This document shows, in pieces, positions 53,634 to 63,044 of a stretch of DNA of 64,000 bases. Both the position numbers and the translations under genes were made by a program. The stretch's first letter is position 1. The number at the start of each line of letters is the position of its first letter. This DNA comes from a virus. The DNA lies in IMG/VR virus record IMGVR_UViG_3300017917_003822, positions 206,630 to 270,629 of that record. The stretch is one strand, 5' to 3'. The notes beneath the pieces are model-generated. The model saw only the letters and a program-made list of their open reading frames with translations, was not told the origin of the DNA and did not search any database.

Positions 53634-54245
53634 ATGGAATTTGTAAAAAAACCGGCATTTAATTATACACATCTCAAAGGATTGAGAAAATACATTAAGA
53701 ATACTAAAGGATTTATAGCCGGAGGGTGTTTTAAAGATATTTTTTCAGGAAAGAAACTTAGAGACGTCGATATTTTCTTCCCAACTGAGGAGGACTATAA
53801 CAAGGCACTTGAGATCTACACAAAAAAATGCAAGGGTAAAAAAGGGGGATTGAGTGAGATATACTCTAATGATAATTGCACAGGATACAGAGATTCCAAA
53901 AGAGGTATAAATATTGAGCTTATAAAATCTATATTTGGAAATCCGGAGGATGTTATTAATCAATTTGATTTTACTGTGGTTCAAGCGGCATATTTCAATC
54001 CGGAGGGGGACGAACCAATACAGTTCATATATCACCCGCAGTTTTTTGAACACCTAACCCTAAAAAGGTTGGTTGTTAACTCCGATAATATAGTAAAACC
54101 TGTCTCAACTCTAAACAGGGCATTTAAATATGCCGGGTATGGGTTTGGTTTATGTCGGGAGAGTAAGGTAACTTTGACTAAAGCTGTTATCGAGAGAGGA
54201 GTTGTTGACGATATTAACGGCGATCTTTATTTTGGATTCGATTAA
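53634..54245 (+). CDS. second nucleotidyltransferase with poly(A) polymerase/CCA-enzyme head-like motif
   Basis: KGFIAGGCFKDIFSGKKLRDVDIFFP follows the GG.hRD..hG....D.Dh head pattern, as in 31453-32196. Confidence 0.4.
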   Translation: MEFVKKPAFNYTHLKGLRKYIKNTKGFIAGGCFKDIFSGKKLRDVDIFFPTEEDYNKALEIYTKKCKGKKGGLSEIYSNDNCTGYRDSKRGINIELIKSIFGNPEDVINQFDFTVVQAAYFNPEGDEPIQFIYHPQFFEHLTLKRLVVNSDNIVKPVSTLNRAFKYAGYGFGLCRESKVTLTKAVIERGVVDDINGDLYFGFD

Positions 54246-54259
54246 TTAAATACTAAAAT

Positions 54260-54466
54260 ATGAGAAATTTGTTTATATTTCTGATCTTTTTAACTTTAAC
54301 ATCATGCTCAGTTGAGAAGAGAATCAAGGATCACAGCTACACTGAAGAGTGGCACTTCGAGAACGGAACAAGATACCAAGTCTATAAAACAAAGACTGGT
54401 AGAAAATACATCATAGTTTTTACACGAAACAACTACAATTTAAAAAGGAAATACATTAGAACCTAA
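54260..54466 (+). CDS. putative lipoprotein
   Basis: MRNLFIFLIFLTLTSCSVEKR. Confidence 0.4.
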   Translation: MRNLFIFLIFLTLTSCSVEKRIKDHSYTEEWHFENGTRYQVYKTKTGRKYIIVFTRNNYNLKRKYIRT

Positions 54467-54518
54467 AAAGAGAAACTAATACATTTTAGCAGCATAGAAT
54501 AATAAAAAGATAAACAAA

Positions 54519-54953
54519 ATGAGTAAAGTAAAGATTTCAACAGATAAGGGAGATATGATCGCGGAATTATATGATAAGGAAACTCCGATCACAGTAAACA
54601 ACTTTTTAAAGTTGATCAACGAGGGATTTTATAACGGATTGAATTTTCATCGAGTTATTCCAAATTTCGTTATCCAAGGAGGATGTCCAAATGGGACAGG
54701 TGCAGGTGGTCCTGGTTACACTATTCCGTGTGAGGTAACCGCACCTAATCAATACCATGACAGAGGAGTTTTATCCATGGCGCATGCAGGGCGTAATACC
54801 GGAGGATCTCAGTTCTTCATCTGTCACAGCAGACAAAACACTGCACACCTTGACGGAAACCACACATGCTTCGGTAAAGTTGTGGAGGGATTGGATATTA
54901 TAGATTCGATCCAAATGGGAGATAAAATTAATTCAATCACAGTAACAGAGTAA
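54519..54953 (+). CDS. cyclophilin-type peptidyl-prolyl cis-trans isomerase
   Basis: [29 protein letters not shown] and [10 protein letters not shown] are cyclophilin signatures. Confidence 0.85.
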   Translation: MSKVKISTDKGDMIAELYDKETPITVNNFLKLINEGFYNGLNFHRVIPNFVIQGGCPNGTGAGGPGYTIPCEVTAPNQYHDRGVLSMAHAGRNTGGSQFFICHSRQNTAHLDGNHTCFGKVVEGLDIIDSIQMGDKINSITVTE

Positions 54954-54955
54954 TT

Positions 54956-55189
54956 ATGGCAAAGATCAATAAAACAAACACGATGGTGAGCTACTCTATT
55001 GAGAAGGATAATGTCGAGTATGCAGTAAGAATCAACACTAATCACGAGACAGGTAAAGATGAGTGGACTATTCTGGATTCGGATGGCAACGATGTTGCTG
55101 ATGTCGATCTTGTTGAGGAAATGGTATTTTTGGTTGAAGCTTACATTAATTACGAAATCATAAATAAGCATGACTTCCATAACAACTAA
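54956..55189 (+). CDS. hypothetical protein
   Basis: 77-aa ORF. Confidence 0.3.
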   Translation: MAKINKTNTMVSYSIEKDNVEYAVRINTNHETGKDEWTILDSDGNDVADVDLVEEMVFLVEAYINYEIINKHDFHNN

Positions 55190-55403
55190 CAAGATGCGTC
55201 ATATGGTTGAGTTAACCAAGATCGACGTTCTTGGTGATAGAAAAATAGCAATCAACACCCAGCTAATAGAGGCATTTTGGGAAAGACAAGGAGGAGAGGG
55301 GACAATCATTAGATTGGCGGCCAGCTCATATGAGTATCACATTAAAGAAAACTACGACGAGGTTAAAAAAGCAGTTAAAACAGCTAAAGATTTCGTCTTT
55401 TAA
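55170..55403 (+). CDS. hypothetical protein
   Basis: 77-aa ORF. Confidence 0.3.
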   Translation: MTSITTNKMRHMVELTKIDVLGDRKIAINTQLIEAFWERQGGEGTIIRLAASSYEYHIKENYDEVKKAVKTAKDFVF

Positions 55404-55415
55404 ATTGAATAAGAG

Positions 55416-55673
55416 ATGAAAAGAGAAAATTGGTTAGATTATGGAGATTTTTTAGATCTTGGATCGAATGTAGCTCAAAATTCTAATCTATTGGCAAATC
55501 TATGGGGTGAAGATGGGACAATAACTTCACAGAAACTCAGCGCAGAGAGGGAAATCGAGGAACTTCATAAGCTGTTCGATGAATTGGCTCCGGATACCTC
55601 AGGAATGAAAAGTATTGCCGATAAGCTTAGATCGATATTAACTGAGCCTAGATTTGAATCAGTTAGAAAATAG
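55416..55673 (+). CDS. hypothetical protein
   Basis: 85-aa ORF. Confidence 0.3.
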   Translation: MKRENWLDYGDFLDLGSNVAQNSNLLANLWGEDGTITSQKLSAEREIEELHKLFDELAPDTSGMKSIADKLRSILTEPRFESVRK

Positions 55674-55685
55674 AACTAATTAAAA

Positions 55686-55718
55686 AAAGGAATCTGTGAT
55701 AGATTCCTTTTTTTTGTT
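55686..55718. terminator. bidirectional hairpin terminator
   Basis: AAAGGAATCT-GTGAT-AGATTCCTTT flanked by an A-run and a T-run. Sits between convergent genes. Confidence 0.5.
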
Positions 55719-56387
55719 TTATACTGAGTATTTCTTAGCGAGATTTGCAAGACCCTGAAATAATCCCTTCCAGTTTGGATCGAGTTTAATCAACTGATCC
55801 ATCGTAAAGTATGATGCGTTCTCCATCTGAAAATCCTCACCATTTCTTTTATAGACAGCAACAAATCCATTATATGCTCCTGGAGCAACTTTGAGATCCT
55901 GCTTTTTAACTTTATCAAAGGGAGAATGCCATTCAAAATTTAAAGCTTTCTGATCATACCCAACTGCAACATCAATAAAAACTGTTGGATAATATCGGTC
56001 ATCATATTTAGACTCCTGGGTTCTCGTAGCATACATCCAAACTCCAGCACCTTTTCTAGGTCCTGATGCTGACCAAGAAGCATCAGCCCATTTTTCAATC
56101 TTGAAAGTTGCAGGTTTTATTTGTCCCCATTCCGGTATTTTGAAATCCTTTCCACCATAAGCAGCAACTAAATTTTTGGTGTCCTGATAATATGCCTTGG
56201 ATTTATTCTTATCGGTGTAATACGGATCCTCATTAACTTTAGCCTGATCACCGCTTGCAAGCATATTCTCAACCTGAGATTTATAATCCGCAATGTCTGA
56301 AGTTTTTCCTTTTAATTCAGGAGCCTCCATTGCTTCCATTGATGCTGACTCGTTTAAAAAGTCATCAAATCTTAATAATTTATTCAT
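55719..56387 (-). CDS. hypothetical protein with MNKLLRFDDFLNES N-terminal motif
   Basis: 222-aa minus ORF. Confidence 0.4.
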   Translation of the reverse strand: MNKLLRFDDFLNESASMEAMEAPELKGKTSDIADYKSQVENMLASGDQAKVNEDPYYTDKNKSKAYYQDTKNLVAAYGGKDFKIPEWGQIKPATFKIEKWADASWSASGPRKGAGVWMYATRTQESKYDDRYYPTVFIDVAVGYDQKALNFEWHSPFDKVKKQDLKVAPGAYNGFVAVYKRNGEDFQMENASYFTMDQLIKLDPNWKGLFQGLANLAKKYSV

Positions 56388-56391
56388 TTTA

Positions 56392-56748
56392 TTATTTATT
56401 TTGTCTAATTAATAATTCCCCTAAGACCTCGATTTTACCAACAATCTCCTGGAAATCAACCTGTGATATGTTCATATCATTTTTTGTTGATGAGTAAAGA
56501 ACATCAAGAAGATCTTTATACTCCTTCTCTGCCTCTGCTCTGTCAAATTTCCCCTCCTTTGCTTTCTTATAAGTCGATAGTTTAACCTTAAAGTGGTGAT
56601 ATGTTAACATCGCATCGCCGCCTTTTTCTTTAGCTGAGTCAGCTATTTTGGTAGCTCCTGCCAATCTAGTAGCAGAAAATTCTTCGAACGTCTCCTTAGT
56701 TTTGGATTCGTTTAAAAATTGGTTGTATTTTTTAATTTGTTCGCTCAT
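56392..56748 (-). CDS. hypothetical protein with ...KKYNQFLNESK N-terminal motif
   Basis: Track start is TTG. ATG five codons in gives MSEQIKKYNQFLNESK. Confidence 0.4.
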   Translation of the reverse strand: MSEQIKKYNQFLNESKTKETFEEFSATRLAGATKIADSAKEKGGDAMLTYHHFKVKLSTYKKAKEGKFDRAEAEKEYKDLLDVLYSSTKNDMNISQVDFQEIVGKIEVLGELLIRQNK

Positions 56749-56781
56749 ACATCTATATATCAATAAAAAAAACCAGTTTTA

Positions 56782-56813
56782 TTTTTTTATTCCGAGATAA
56801 TATCTTATATTTG
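56782..56813 (+). promoter_or_regulatory. promoter-like motif copy 14
   Basis: TTTTTTT-ATTCCGAG-N9-TATATTTG. Divergent intergenic region. Confidence 0.4.
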
Positions 56814-56838
56814 TATAACAAATTTAAAATATTTTAAA

Positions 56839-57258
56839 ATGTACGTAAAAAAACCAGTAAACAGCGCAGCACCATCTAATAACAAGATCTGGACAGCTGA
56901 AGAAGATGCTATTTTAAGAAAAATGGCTGAAGAAAAATCAACAACAGCAAAAATTGCTAAAGCTCTAGGAAGAACTAAAGCTTCAATTTGGGGCAGAAAA
57001 AGCATTCTAGGAATCAAAACTCGTTTGCTATCTTCTAAAGGACACAACATTTCGGTTCCAACAACTCTTTCTACAAAAAACAGAGGAGCAAAATCGAAAG
57101 TGAACAGCTCACCGAAAAACGTGGTTAAGGTCTCTACTCAATCAAACAAATCACAGGCTGCAGTTGAAAAATCTTATCAGGGTATGTGTTACGAGTTTGA
57201 TATGCTATCTAAATTAGCTAAACAAACTGGTGCTAAAATCGTTGTTACCTTCGAATAA
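56839..57258 (+). CDS. SANT/Myb-like DNA-binding domain protein (possible regulator)
   Basis: WTAEEDAILRK...IAKALGRTKASIWGRK resembles a Myb/SANT repeat. S/K-rich tail. Confidence 0.3.
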   Translation: MYVKKPVNSAAPSNNKIWTAEEDAILRKMAEEKSTTAKIAKALGRTKASIWGRKSILGIKTRLLSSKGHNISVPTTLSTKNRGAKSKVNSSPKNVVKVSTQSNKSQAAVEKSYQGMCYEFDMLSKLAKQTGAKIVVTFE

Positions 57259-57283
57259 GAAGGAACGAATAATCTTATTAAAA

Positions 57284-57311
57284 AGCCTGATGAGTCATCA
57301 GGCTTTTTTTA
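57284..57311 (+). terminator. rho-independent terminator
   Basis: AAGCCTGATGA-G-TCATCAGGCTT hairpin plus T7. Confidence 0.5.
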
Positions 57312-57327
57312 TGTAGATATATAAAGC

Positions 57328-57789
57328 ATGTTTAAATTTATTAGAACCTTCGACGATTACGACACGCCAATTTTACCATCCGGATTAAGTATAACTAAAG
57401 ACGGAATAGAAAATTTGGCAAATAGTTTTTTGGAAGAGATAGAGAAGAATTATAATATAGGGAGAAATAAGCCATTCGACAAAAAGATTGGGAACTGTGC
57501 TTGGTTCACCGAATCATTTTACGAGTGGAGCGAGATTAATAATGTACCAGCTAGAATCATATATTTTCCAGAAACTCAAAAGGCCAAGGATGCACACATA
57601 GCAATTCTGATTGGCGGATATGTTCTGGACTTCACACATAAACAATTTAGTAAGGATCCCAAAGATAATTTCTCAATCAACAAAGTTGACCACTATAAAA
57701 AATTCGGATATGATGTTGATGATGCGGAGGTGGTCGACGAATTTCCTTCCTGGATTGATGACATTCACCCGCCAAAAGAAAAAAAATAA
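57328..57789 (+). CDS. hypothetical protein
   Basis: 153-aa ORF. Confidence 0.35.
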   Translation: MFKFIRTFDDYDTPILPSGLSITKDGIENLANSFLEEIEKNYNIGRNKPFDKKIGNCAWFTESFYEWSEINNVPARIIYFPETQKAKDAHIAILIGGYVLDFTHKQFSKDPKDNFSINKVDHYKKFGYDVDDAEVVDEFPSWIDDIHPPKEKK

Positions 57790-57794
57790 GACAC

Positions 57795-58610
57795 ATGAAA
57801 CACATTCAACTATTCGAATGGTTTTTGAAAACAAGAGAACCGGAGGAAATTCTTAGATGGGACAAACCAATCAACAACCCATTGAAGCAGGGAAGATTTA
57901 AAGACGTTATTGTCAATTCAAAGAGAGTTTCTCCGAGAACAACCAAGGGGGTAAGAACCCTAGCAAGAGAAATGTATGAATTTCCAAACGATAAAGAATT
58001 ACTTAGAGATGTTAAATACATGACTAATTTATCAGACCGAGAAATTTCCACTCTGGTTGACTATGGACTTTCTCATATGCCCGCTAAAATAGACCTTATG
58101 GATTATGATACAATCCTTATACCCCAAACTGGATCTAAGATAGTTTATAAAATTCTAGATTCACTTTATAACGTTGAGACTGAATTTGGATCAAATAAGA
58201 AAACTCAGTGGAACCCTAAAGTTTATGATAACGCCTTCATAAAAAGAAAATGGAAAGACGTTGAGTGGAACATGGATTTAATTAACAAGACCGGTGAGAA
58301 AACTAAAAACGATGTTCTTAATATGATCGAGAGGCTAAAAACACAAAAAGGCAACGAGGATGCTAAATTAGGGGGAAATGTGATACCAATCTATAGAAAA
58401 TTTCTTGATAAGTTCATGGATATTAATCCAGAAATAGCTAAGGATCTGGCTGGAAAAAGGGTAATTATTCTGGACGATTTTGTAACAGATGGTGCGACTA
58501 GAAAACAGATGAGAAATTTAACGATTCCATATGGACCAAAGTCAATTCTAAATTTAGCTTTATTCCACATAAGAGGTCAAAAGAGAGAATCAGACCCTGA
58601 CTACGAATAA
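57795..58610 (+). CDS. hypothetical protein with MKHIQLFEWF N-terminal motif
   Basis: 271-aa ORF. Confidence 0.4.
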   Translation: MKHIQLFEWFLKTREPEEILRWDKPINNPLKQGRFKDVIVNSKRVSPRTTKGVRTLAREMYEFPNDKELLRDVKYMTNLSDREISTLVDYGLSHMPAKIDLMDYDTILIPQTGSKIVYKILDSLYNVETEFGSNKKTQWNPKVYDNAFIKRKWKDVEWNMDLINKTGEKTKNDVLNMIERLKTQKGNEDAKLGGNVIPIYRKFLDKFMDINPEIAKDLAGKRVIILDDFVTDGATRKQMRNLTIPYGPKSILNLALFHIRGQKRESDPDYE

Positions 58611-58639
58611 TCGATATATACAATAAATAAAAACTCAAT

Positions 58640-58930
58640 ATGTTACAAGGAAATAATTGCTATCGTTTAGTTGCAAGTACGAATTATCAACCAGGTGCTA
58701 CTGGTGCCACTGCGGGACCAACCTTAATGGAAGGACCAATTACATTAGTTTATGTTGCTCCTGGAGCAGCGGTCTTGGATTTTTATGATGCCAAGAATAA
58801 TAGGAATACGATTAATATAGGATCTACCAATACAGGTGTGCTTTTACCAATTACTGTTACCGCAACAGGATCAAGTTTATCTGGTACCATCTTTGGATTC
58901 TCACAAGGTGGAATCTATGCTAATAGATAA
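58640..58930 (+). CDS. Gly/Thr/Ala-rich small protein
   Basis: 96-aa ORF. Confidence 0.35.
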   Translation: MLQGNNCYRLVASTNYQPGATGATAGPTLMEGPITLVYVAPGAAVLDFYDAKNNRNTINIGSTNTGVLLPITVTATGSSLSGTIFGFSQGGIYANR

Positions 58931-59749
58931 TTAGGCTAGATTTTTAGCCCAAGATGCTATATTTAAGGAGGCAAGAGTTCTAGGTCCTAGAGTTTTCTTA
59001 AACTCCTTGATATTATCTTTTAGTGTTTGTATTCCAGCACTTGCATTATCATCTGCACTAAATATATTACCGCCAGGGACGTATTTGTTAAATCCAGGTT
59101 GACTTAGAGCATACAGACCTTTATATTTATTATTACCTGCCTTAGGATTAAATCCTGATTCTATCTTAGCTACAGTTGTTGCAAAATCAAAGGGAACACC
59201 GAACTTGGAGCTGTATTTCTGTATGGTTTGTTTAACTGCGGAGTTTTGTGGTTTATTGATATCGATTTTAGCCTGTTCTCCCTGTTTTTTCCATTTTTCT
59301 TTCCACATATTTAAGAAGAGAGCAGCAGCTGTTTTTTGATCTCCAGCATCAAGAGCTTTGATGATTGATGTCTTAACTTGAGGTTTATCGCTAGGAATAT
59401 TCTTTACTAGATTTGCGTATTTAACACCTCCCTTAGTTTTAATTGTGTCAGGTGCAAGTTTACCTGTACCCAAAGAAGCCTCTATTAAACCCTTAGCACC
59501 AGCTATTCCCTGTTGGTGCTGCATATAAAGTGTGAAATCATCGTTACCTGGGATTGGATTGAAGTCGGCAGGTAAAAAGGCTCCTTGTGAAGTATCGGAT
59601 ACCCCGGTGTCATCCGCCTTTTGTTTCTTAAGCTCTTCCGCTTTTTTCTGTGCTTCTATTTCCATATTACCCAGCATCGGAGCTATAGCTGACAAGAAAC
59701 TTCCAGTTCCTTCATTGATAAATTCTTCAAAAGATGATATTTTCTTCAT
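58931..59749 (-). CDS. SLT-like domain protein, paralog of 12827-13564, with MKKISSFEEFINE N-terminus
   Basis: YMQHQQGIAGAKGL and TVAKIESGFNPKAGNNKYKGLYALSQPGF parallel the + strand paralog (YLPHQQGPSGAVKL; TVAYKESRFVPNPPTNKTYRGLFQIGPSAW). Confidence 0.45.
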   Translation of the reverse strand: MKKISSFEEFINEGTGSFLSAIAPMLGNMEIEAQKKAEELKKQKADDTGVSDTSQGAFLPADFNPIPGNDDFTLYMQHQQGIAGAKGLIEASLGTGKLAPDTIKTKGGVKYANLVKNIPSDKPQVKTSIIKALDAGDQKTAAALFLNMWKEKWKKQGEQAKIDINKPQNSAVKQTIQKYSSKFGVPFDFATTVAKIESGFNPKAGNNKYKGLYALSQPGFNKYVPGGNIFSADDNASAGIQTLKDNIKEFKKTLGPRTLASLNIASWAKNLA

Positions 59750-59785
59750 ATGATGTTTATTGATTGTACTATATATCCAAAAAAA

Positions 59786-59817
59786 GACGGAAGTAGCGAA
59801 TTTCCGTCTTATATGTA
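59786..59817 (-). terminator. minus-strand hairpin terminator
   Basis: On the minus strand, AAGACGGAA-ATTCGCTAC-TTCCGTCTT followed by T7. Confidence 0.4.
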
Positions 59818-59881
59818 GTCGTAACTACTCCGGTCCTAAAATGGGGCACTGAGCCCGCCGGATATGTTTTAATGTGATAGT

Positions 59882-60334
59882 TTATTCTTCGTGAGCCAAA
59901 ACTCTTTTTAATCTACCCAATTCTCTAACCATGTCCTTATTTGTGTTATCCTCCAATACTATTTTGGGTGATTGTGATTCTTTATTTCCGACGGTATCCA
60001 GAACGATAGCATTTCTTTTTCTTGTTATACCCATATTCATGATCTTTTGGATCTGAATTGCAATCTCTTCCTCTCTTTCTATGATTTTGTTCGTACATTC
60101 TCTCTGTCCTCTGATTAATTCAAGATTAAGACGGGAAGTTTCGTTTTGTAATACACGTATTTGTGCTGATTGCTTCTCCAATGTGACATTAACATCATCA
60201 GGTGTACCTTTGATTGCTTTAATCAAATCGCTACCATTAGTCATTAGCACGATTGAAAATAGCAATAACAATAATGCAATCACTCTTTGTTGAGGTGTAA
60301 ATTTACCTAATATTTCTGATACGTAACTTAGCAT
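59882..60334 (-). CDS. membrane-anchored coiled-coil protein
   Basis: TM segment VIALLLLLFSIVLM near the N-terminus. Confidence 0.4.
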   Translation of the reverse strand: MLSYVSEILGKFTPQQRVIALLLLLFSIVLMTNGSDLIKAIKGTPDDVNVTLEKQSAQIRVLQNETSRLNLELIRGQRECTNKIIEREEEIAIQIQKIMNMGITRKRNAIVLDTVGNKESQSPKIVLEDNTNKDMVRELGRLKRVLAHEE

Positions 60335-60474
60335 AATTATTTCTTATTTATATTAAAATCCCTCGGACCTCATTTTTTATTCTTAAATTTGTCAACAATG
60401 AAAAATAATAAAATTACAAAAAATGGTGAGAGTATAATAAGAACAGACTCGGAGTGATACATTTCTGTGAATTA

Positions 60475-60828
60475 TTAACGTCTTAGAAATGCAAGATCTC
60501 TACCGCCTCTTTCACCTCCGTGCATCTTAGCCATTACAAGACCAAATAAAAACGCGTTAAACGCTTCGTAATGATCCGTAGCGTAAATTACATTGTTATC
60601 TATTGCTACACCTGATTGTCCGTCTGTGGTGTGTCTAATTGATAAATTTGGATATAATCTCTTAACATCCGATTCCAATTTAGCTCTCATTGCTTCTTGT
60701 TCTCTGTTTGCAACCGTATGATCCGCTGGAGAAGCAACATCGGTAGTTCCAGTAGATGTAGTCTGTGGTAGATTAGACATCTCAGGGGATTCGTTTACGA
60801 AGTTCTCGTATACTTTTAAATTTTCCAT
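60475..60828 (-). CDS. hypothetical protein with MENLKVYENFVNES N-terminal motif
   Basis: Internal ATG (CAT at 60826-60828) preferred. The track extension overlaps the upstream gene. Confidence 0.35.
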   Translation of the reverse strand: MENLKVYENFVNESPEMSNLPQTTSTGTTDVASPADHTVANREQEAMRAKLESDVKRLYPNLSIRHTTDGQSGVAIDNNVIYATDHYEAFNAFLFGLVMAKMHGGERGGRDLAFLRR

Positions 60829-60847
60829 CTCAAAAATCTGATATTTT

Positions 60848-61153
60848 TTATAAGTTCCAAGCAGGATTTGCAATTATGAGGATATCTCCCTCTATTCTAG
60901 GTAACTCCTTTGTTGAGTGATAATCATCATACTTTATCTGGTCAGGATAAAATTTCTTCCCATTAAAAACTATATAGTTATCCTCGGATCTTTCACCCTC
61001 ACCTCTAAGACTAAAATCATTTGTTTTTAGGACATCATGAGTTGCAGATTTAATGGTGGGTTTACCGAAGATGCTGTCCCAGAAGCTCTCGTTTACATCA
61101 GCATTTTCTGTAACTACTCCTCTGAAATCTTCGTATTTTTTAATGTTTTCCAT
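60848..61153 (-). CDS. hypothetical protein with MENIKKYEDF N-terminal motif
   Basis: 101-aa minus ORF. Confidence 0.35.
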   Translation of the reverse strand: MENIKKYEDFRGVVTENADVNESFWDSIFGKPTIKSATHDVLKTNDFSLRGEGERSEDNYIVFNGKKFYPDQIKYDDYHSTKELPRIEGDILIIANPAWNL

Positions 61154-61200
61154 GTGATATTTTTTCTTTATATATCACATAACAAATAGAGAAAGATTGA

Positions 61201-62190
61201 TTAGATGAGATCCTTGAGATTGTTATATCTTCTAAGGTTGGAGTATTTTTTAATCTCATCCTCCGAGAGATATGGGTTATCCTGAAACATATGAATCTGG
61301 TCCTCAATCGGTATTTTCTTCCAGACCTTAGAAAGGCCCATCCCGTAATCACCCTTCTCCTTTTTCATCGAGTTAAAGACCACTTTCAAGGTCTTCTCAC
61401 TTACTACGTTTCCTTTAAAGTTGAGTTGTCTTAGTGTTAAATTGATAGGTGCACCTTTTACAGATATTAACTGATTGAACGAAACATCTAGCCAATCAGT
61501 GATTTCCGGACATCCAATTAAATCCGTGAGTTGATTATAGGAGCATTTGAGAGATTCCATTTTTTTAACTCTTAGCCCAGAAAGTGATGTGATTGCATTT
61601 TTATTGCAGCTCATTGATTCAACCTTTATTGGTGCTCCTTCTAGACTTTTGAGTTCATTATATGAGCAATCGTAGTTATCAAGGACTTTAACCGGTCCAC
61701 CCTTAAGGGACTTAAGCTTATTATGTGACCCATCAAATCTTCTACATTTTTTTGGAAAATTCGGCCAGAATTTTGAAACCTTGCAAGATCTGATTGATAT
61801 CGAGGAAATGAATGAAAATTTGATACCCCTAGCTATCTTGGCATCTTTCTCTCTTTGTTTTTTCTCCTTAGCGCTTTCTTTATTCCATGTCCTGGAAGAT
61901 AAACCCCAGTCATCGGAGTACATGTGATCGATTACCACACCTCCATTTTCAGAATCAATATACCAGTTATTACTGGAACCATCAAGCAATCTGATCCCGT
62001 CCTCGGTTAGGCTATCACTTTTTCTGTATTTGTCGAATAAAAAATCCGATGCTGCAATGATCTGTGCATGTTGTTCAGGATGGTCCTTACTCATGCCAGA
62101 TATGAGATTCTCCAGTGCGGTTTTTTGTGAAGAGGTCCACTTAAATCTTCTCTCAATCATATCTACAATTCTAATAATGAATATCATCAT
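61201..62190 (-). CDS. leucine-rich repeat (LRR) protein
   Basis: Tandem ~22-aa repeats CSYNELKSLEGAP / CSYNQLTDLIGCP / VSFNQLISVKGAP / CNKNAITSLSGL. Confidence 0.5.
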   Translation of the reverse strand: MMIFIIRIVDMIERRFKWTSSQKTALENLISGMSKDHPEQHAQIIAASDFLFDKYRKSDSLTEDGIRLLDGSSNNWYIDSENGGVVIDHMYSDDWGLSSRTWNKESAKEKKQREKDAKIARGIKFSFISSISIRSCKVSKFWPNFPKKCRRFDGSHNKLKSLKGGPVKVLDNYDCSYNELKSLEGAPIKVESMSCNKNAITSLSGLRVKKMESLKCSYNQLTDLIGCPEITDWLDVSFNQLISVKGAPINLTLRQLNFKGNVVSEKTLKVVFNSMKKEKGDYGMGLSKVWKKIPIEDQIHMFQDNPYLSEDEIKKYSNLRRYNNLKDLI

Positions 62191-62234
62191 TATAGATAAT
62201 TGGGATGCGTGGGTTTCGGTAAAAAAATAGTGAT

Positions 62235-62741
62235 TTATTCTAGTGCGTGATTCTCCCAGTGGCCTTCAGGATAACTTGGATTCACGTAACAGATGTAATC
62301 TGTCCAGCCATTTCCTTTATCATCTTTCCAGTGGTTATAGACTGCATCCTCGTCCATGAATGGCACGTAACCAGACTTCTTAAGCAACTCAACGAACCAT
62401 TTTAGTAGATCCCGTTTGAATTCCTCAGGTTTCTCTCCTTCCAACGAGATCTGACATGCGATCCAAGGTGTTCTCATGGCTTTACCTGGTGAGTCCGGAT
62501 CGCCATAAGCAAGTAACTCTGGATAAAACACCATTGTGGTTTTATTAACCCAGTCCCTGTTCTTAGCATCAGGATTGATCTCAAATGGAGTCTTAACTTC
62601 CAAAACACCCTCATCAACAACCTCACATTCTGGATTTTGTAACATTTTATCGACCAATTCCTTGATCTCAGCATCAAGTTCAGCCGATACGTTGATCAAC
62701 GACTCGTTGATGAAGCTATTGAAATTTAATATTCTGATCAT
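62235..62741 (-). CDS. hypothetical protein with MIRILNFNSFINES N-terminal motif
   Basis: 168-aa minus ORF. Confidence 0.4.
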   Translation of the reverse strand: MIRILNFNSFINESLINVSAELDAEIKELVDKMLQNPECEVVDEGVLEVKTPFEINPDAKNRDWVNKTTMVFYPELLAYGDPDSPGKAMRTPWIACQISLEGEKPEEFKRDLLKWFVELLKKSGYVPFMDEDAVYNHWKDDKGNGWTDYICYVNPSYPEGHWENHALE

Positions 62742-62742
62742 C

Positions 62743-63030
62743 TTATTTCTTTTTATCAGTTTTAAACTTTTTGATGAATCTTTCTCTTCTACCCTTGTCC
62801 TCGCCTAAACCTGTGCCTGATATCATGTCCCTAACATCATATTTTTCTTTATGATCCTTATTAGCTTTCACGTATGCTGCTAGTTTTTCGGCATCTATGT
62901 CGTTGTCGTCGATGAAATTCTGAATTGAATTCTGTCCGGATCCAGTGATCTGATGAATATAAACAGCCTCCATTGAAACTTTCTCATTCAGAAAGTTCTC
63001 GTATAGTTCAATGTGTTTCATGTTTTTCAA
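62743..63030 (-). CDS. hypothetical protein with MKNMKHIELYENFLNE N-terminal motif
   Basis: 95-aa minus ORF. Confidence 0.35.
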   Translation of the reverse strand: MKNMKHIELYENFLNEKVSMEAVYIHQITGSGQNSIQNFIDDNDIDAEKLAAYVKANKDHKEKYDVRDMISGTGLGEDKGRRERFIKKFKTDKKK

Positions 63031-63044
63031 TTTTATATTTATGT

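Noticed and set aside
54480-54500. TTAGCAGCATAG (L-A-A-stop) upstream of the cyclophilin gene, resembling a tmRNA tag end
   Set aside because: An in-frame TAA four codons upstream leaves only a 5-codon frame, and there is no flanking tRNA-like structure. Judged coincidental.
6-55192. Minus-strand ORFs in the track that lie wholly inside + strand genes (for example 6-293, 1467-1691, 1637-1855, 8653-9069, 9112-9378, 11285-11903, 16772-16954, 18603-18989, 34755-35227, 36409-36786, 39973-40155, 46747-47106, 48081-48314, 51313-51510, 53745-54053, 54824-55192)
   Set aside because: They overlap better-supported, longer, co-oriented + genes with recognisable domains or consistent packing. They also have low-complexity or odd composition. 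Treated as antisense shadow ORFs.
56281-56400. Apparent 1-nt register conflict between my reading of the printed sequence and ORF-track coordinates around 56340 and 56393
   Set aside because: Counting bases gave start/stop codons 1 nt off from the track for 55719-56387 and 56392-56763. Two compensating offsets would be required. Most likely a counting or reading error on my side, not a biological frameshift. I kept track coordinates and flag that my hand-derived coordinates may be off by 1-2 nt.
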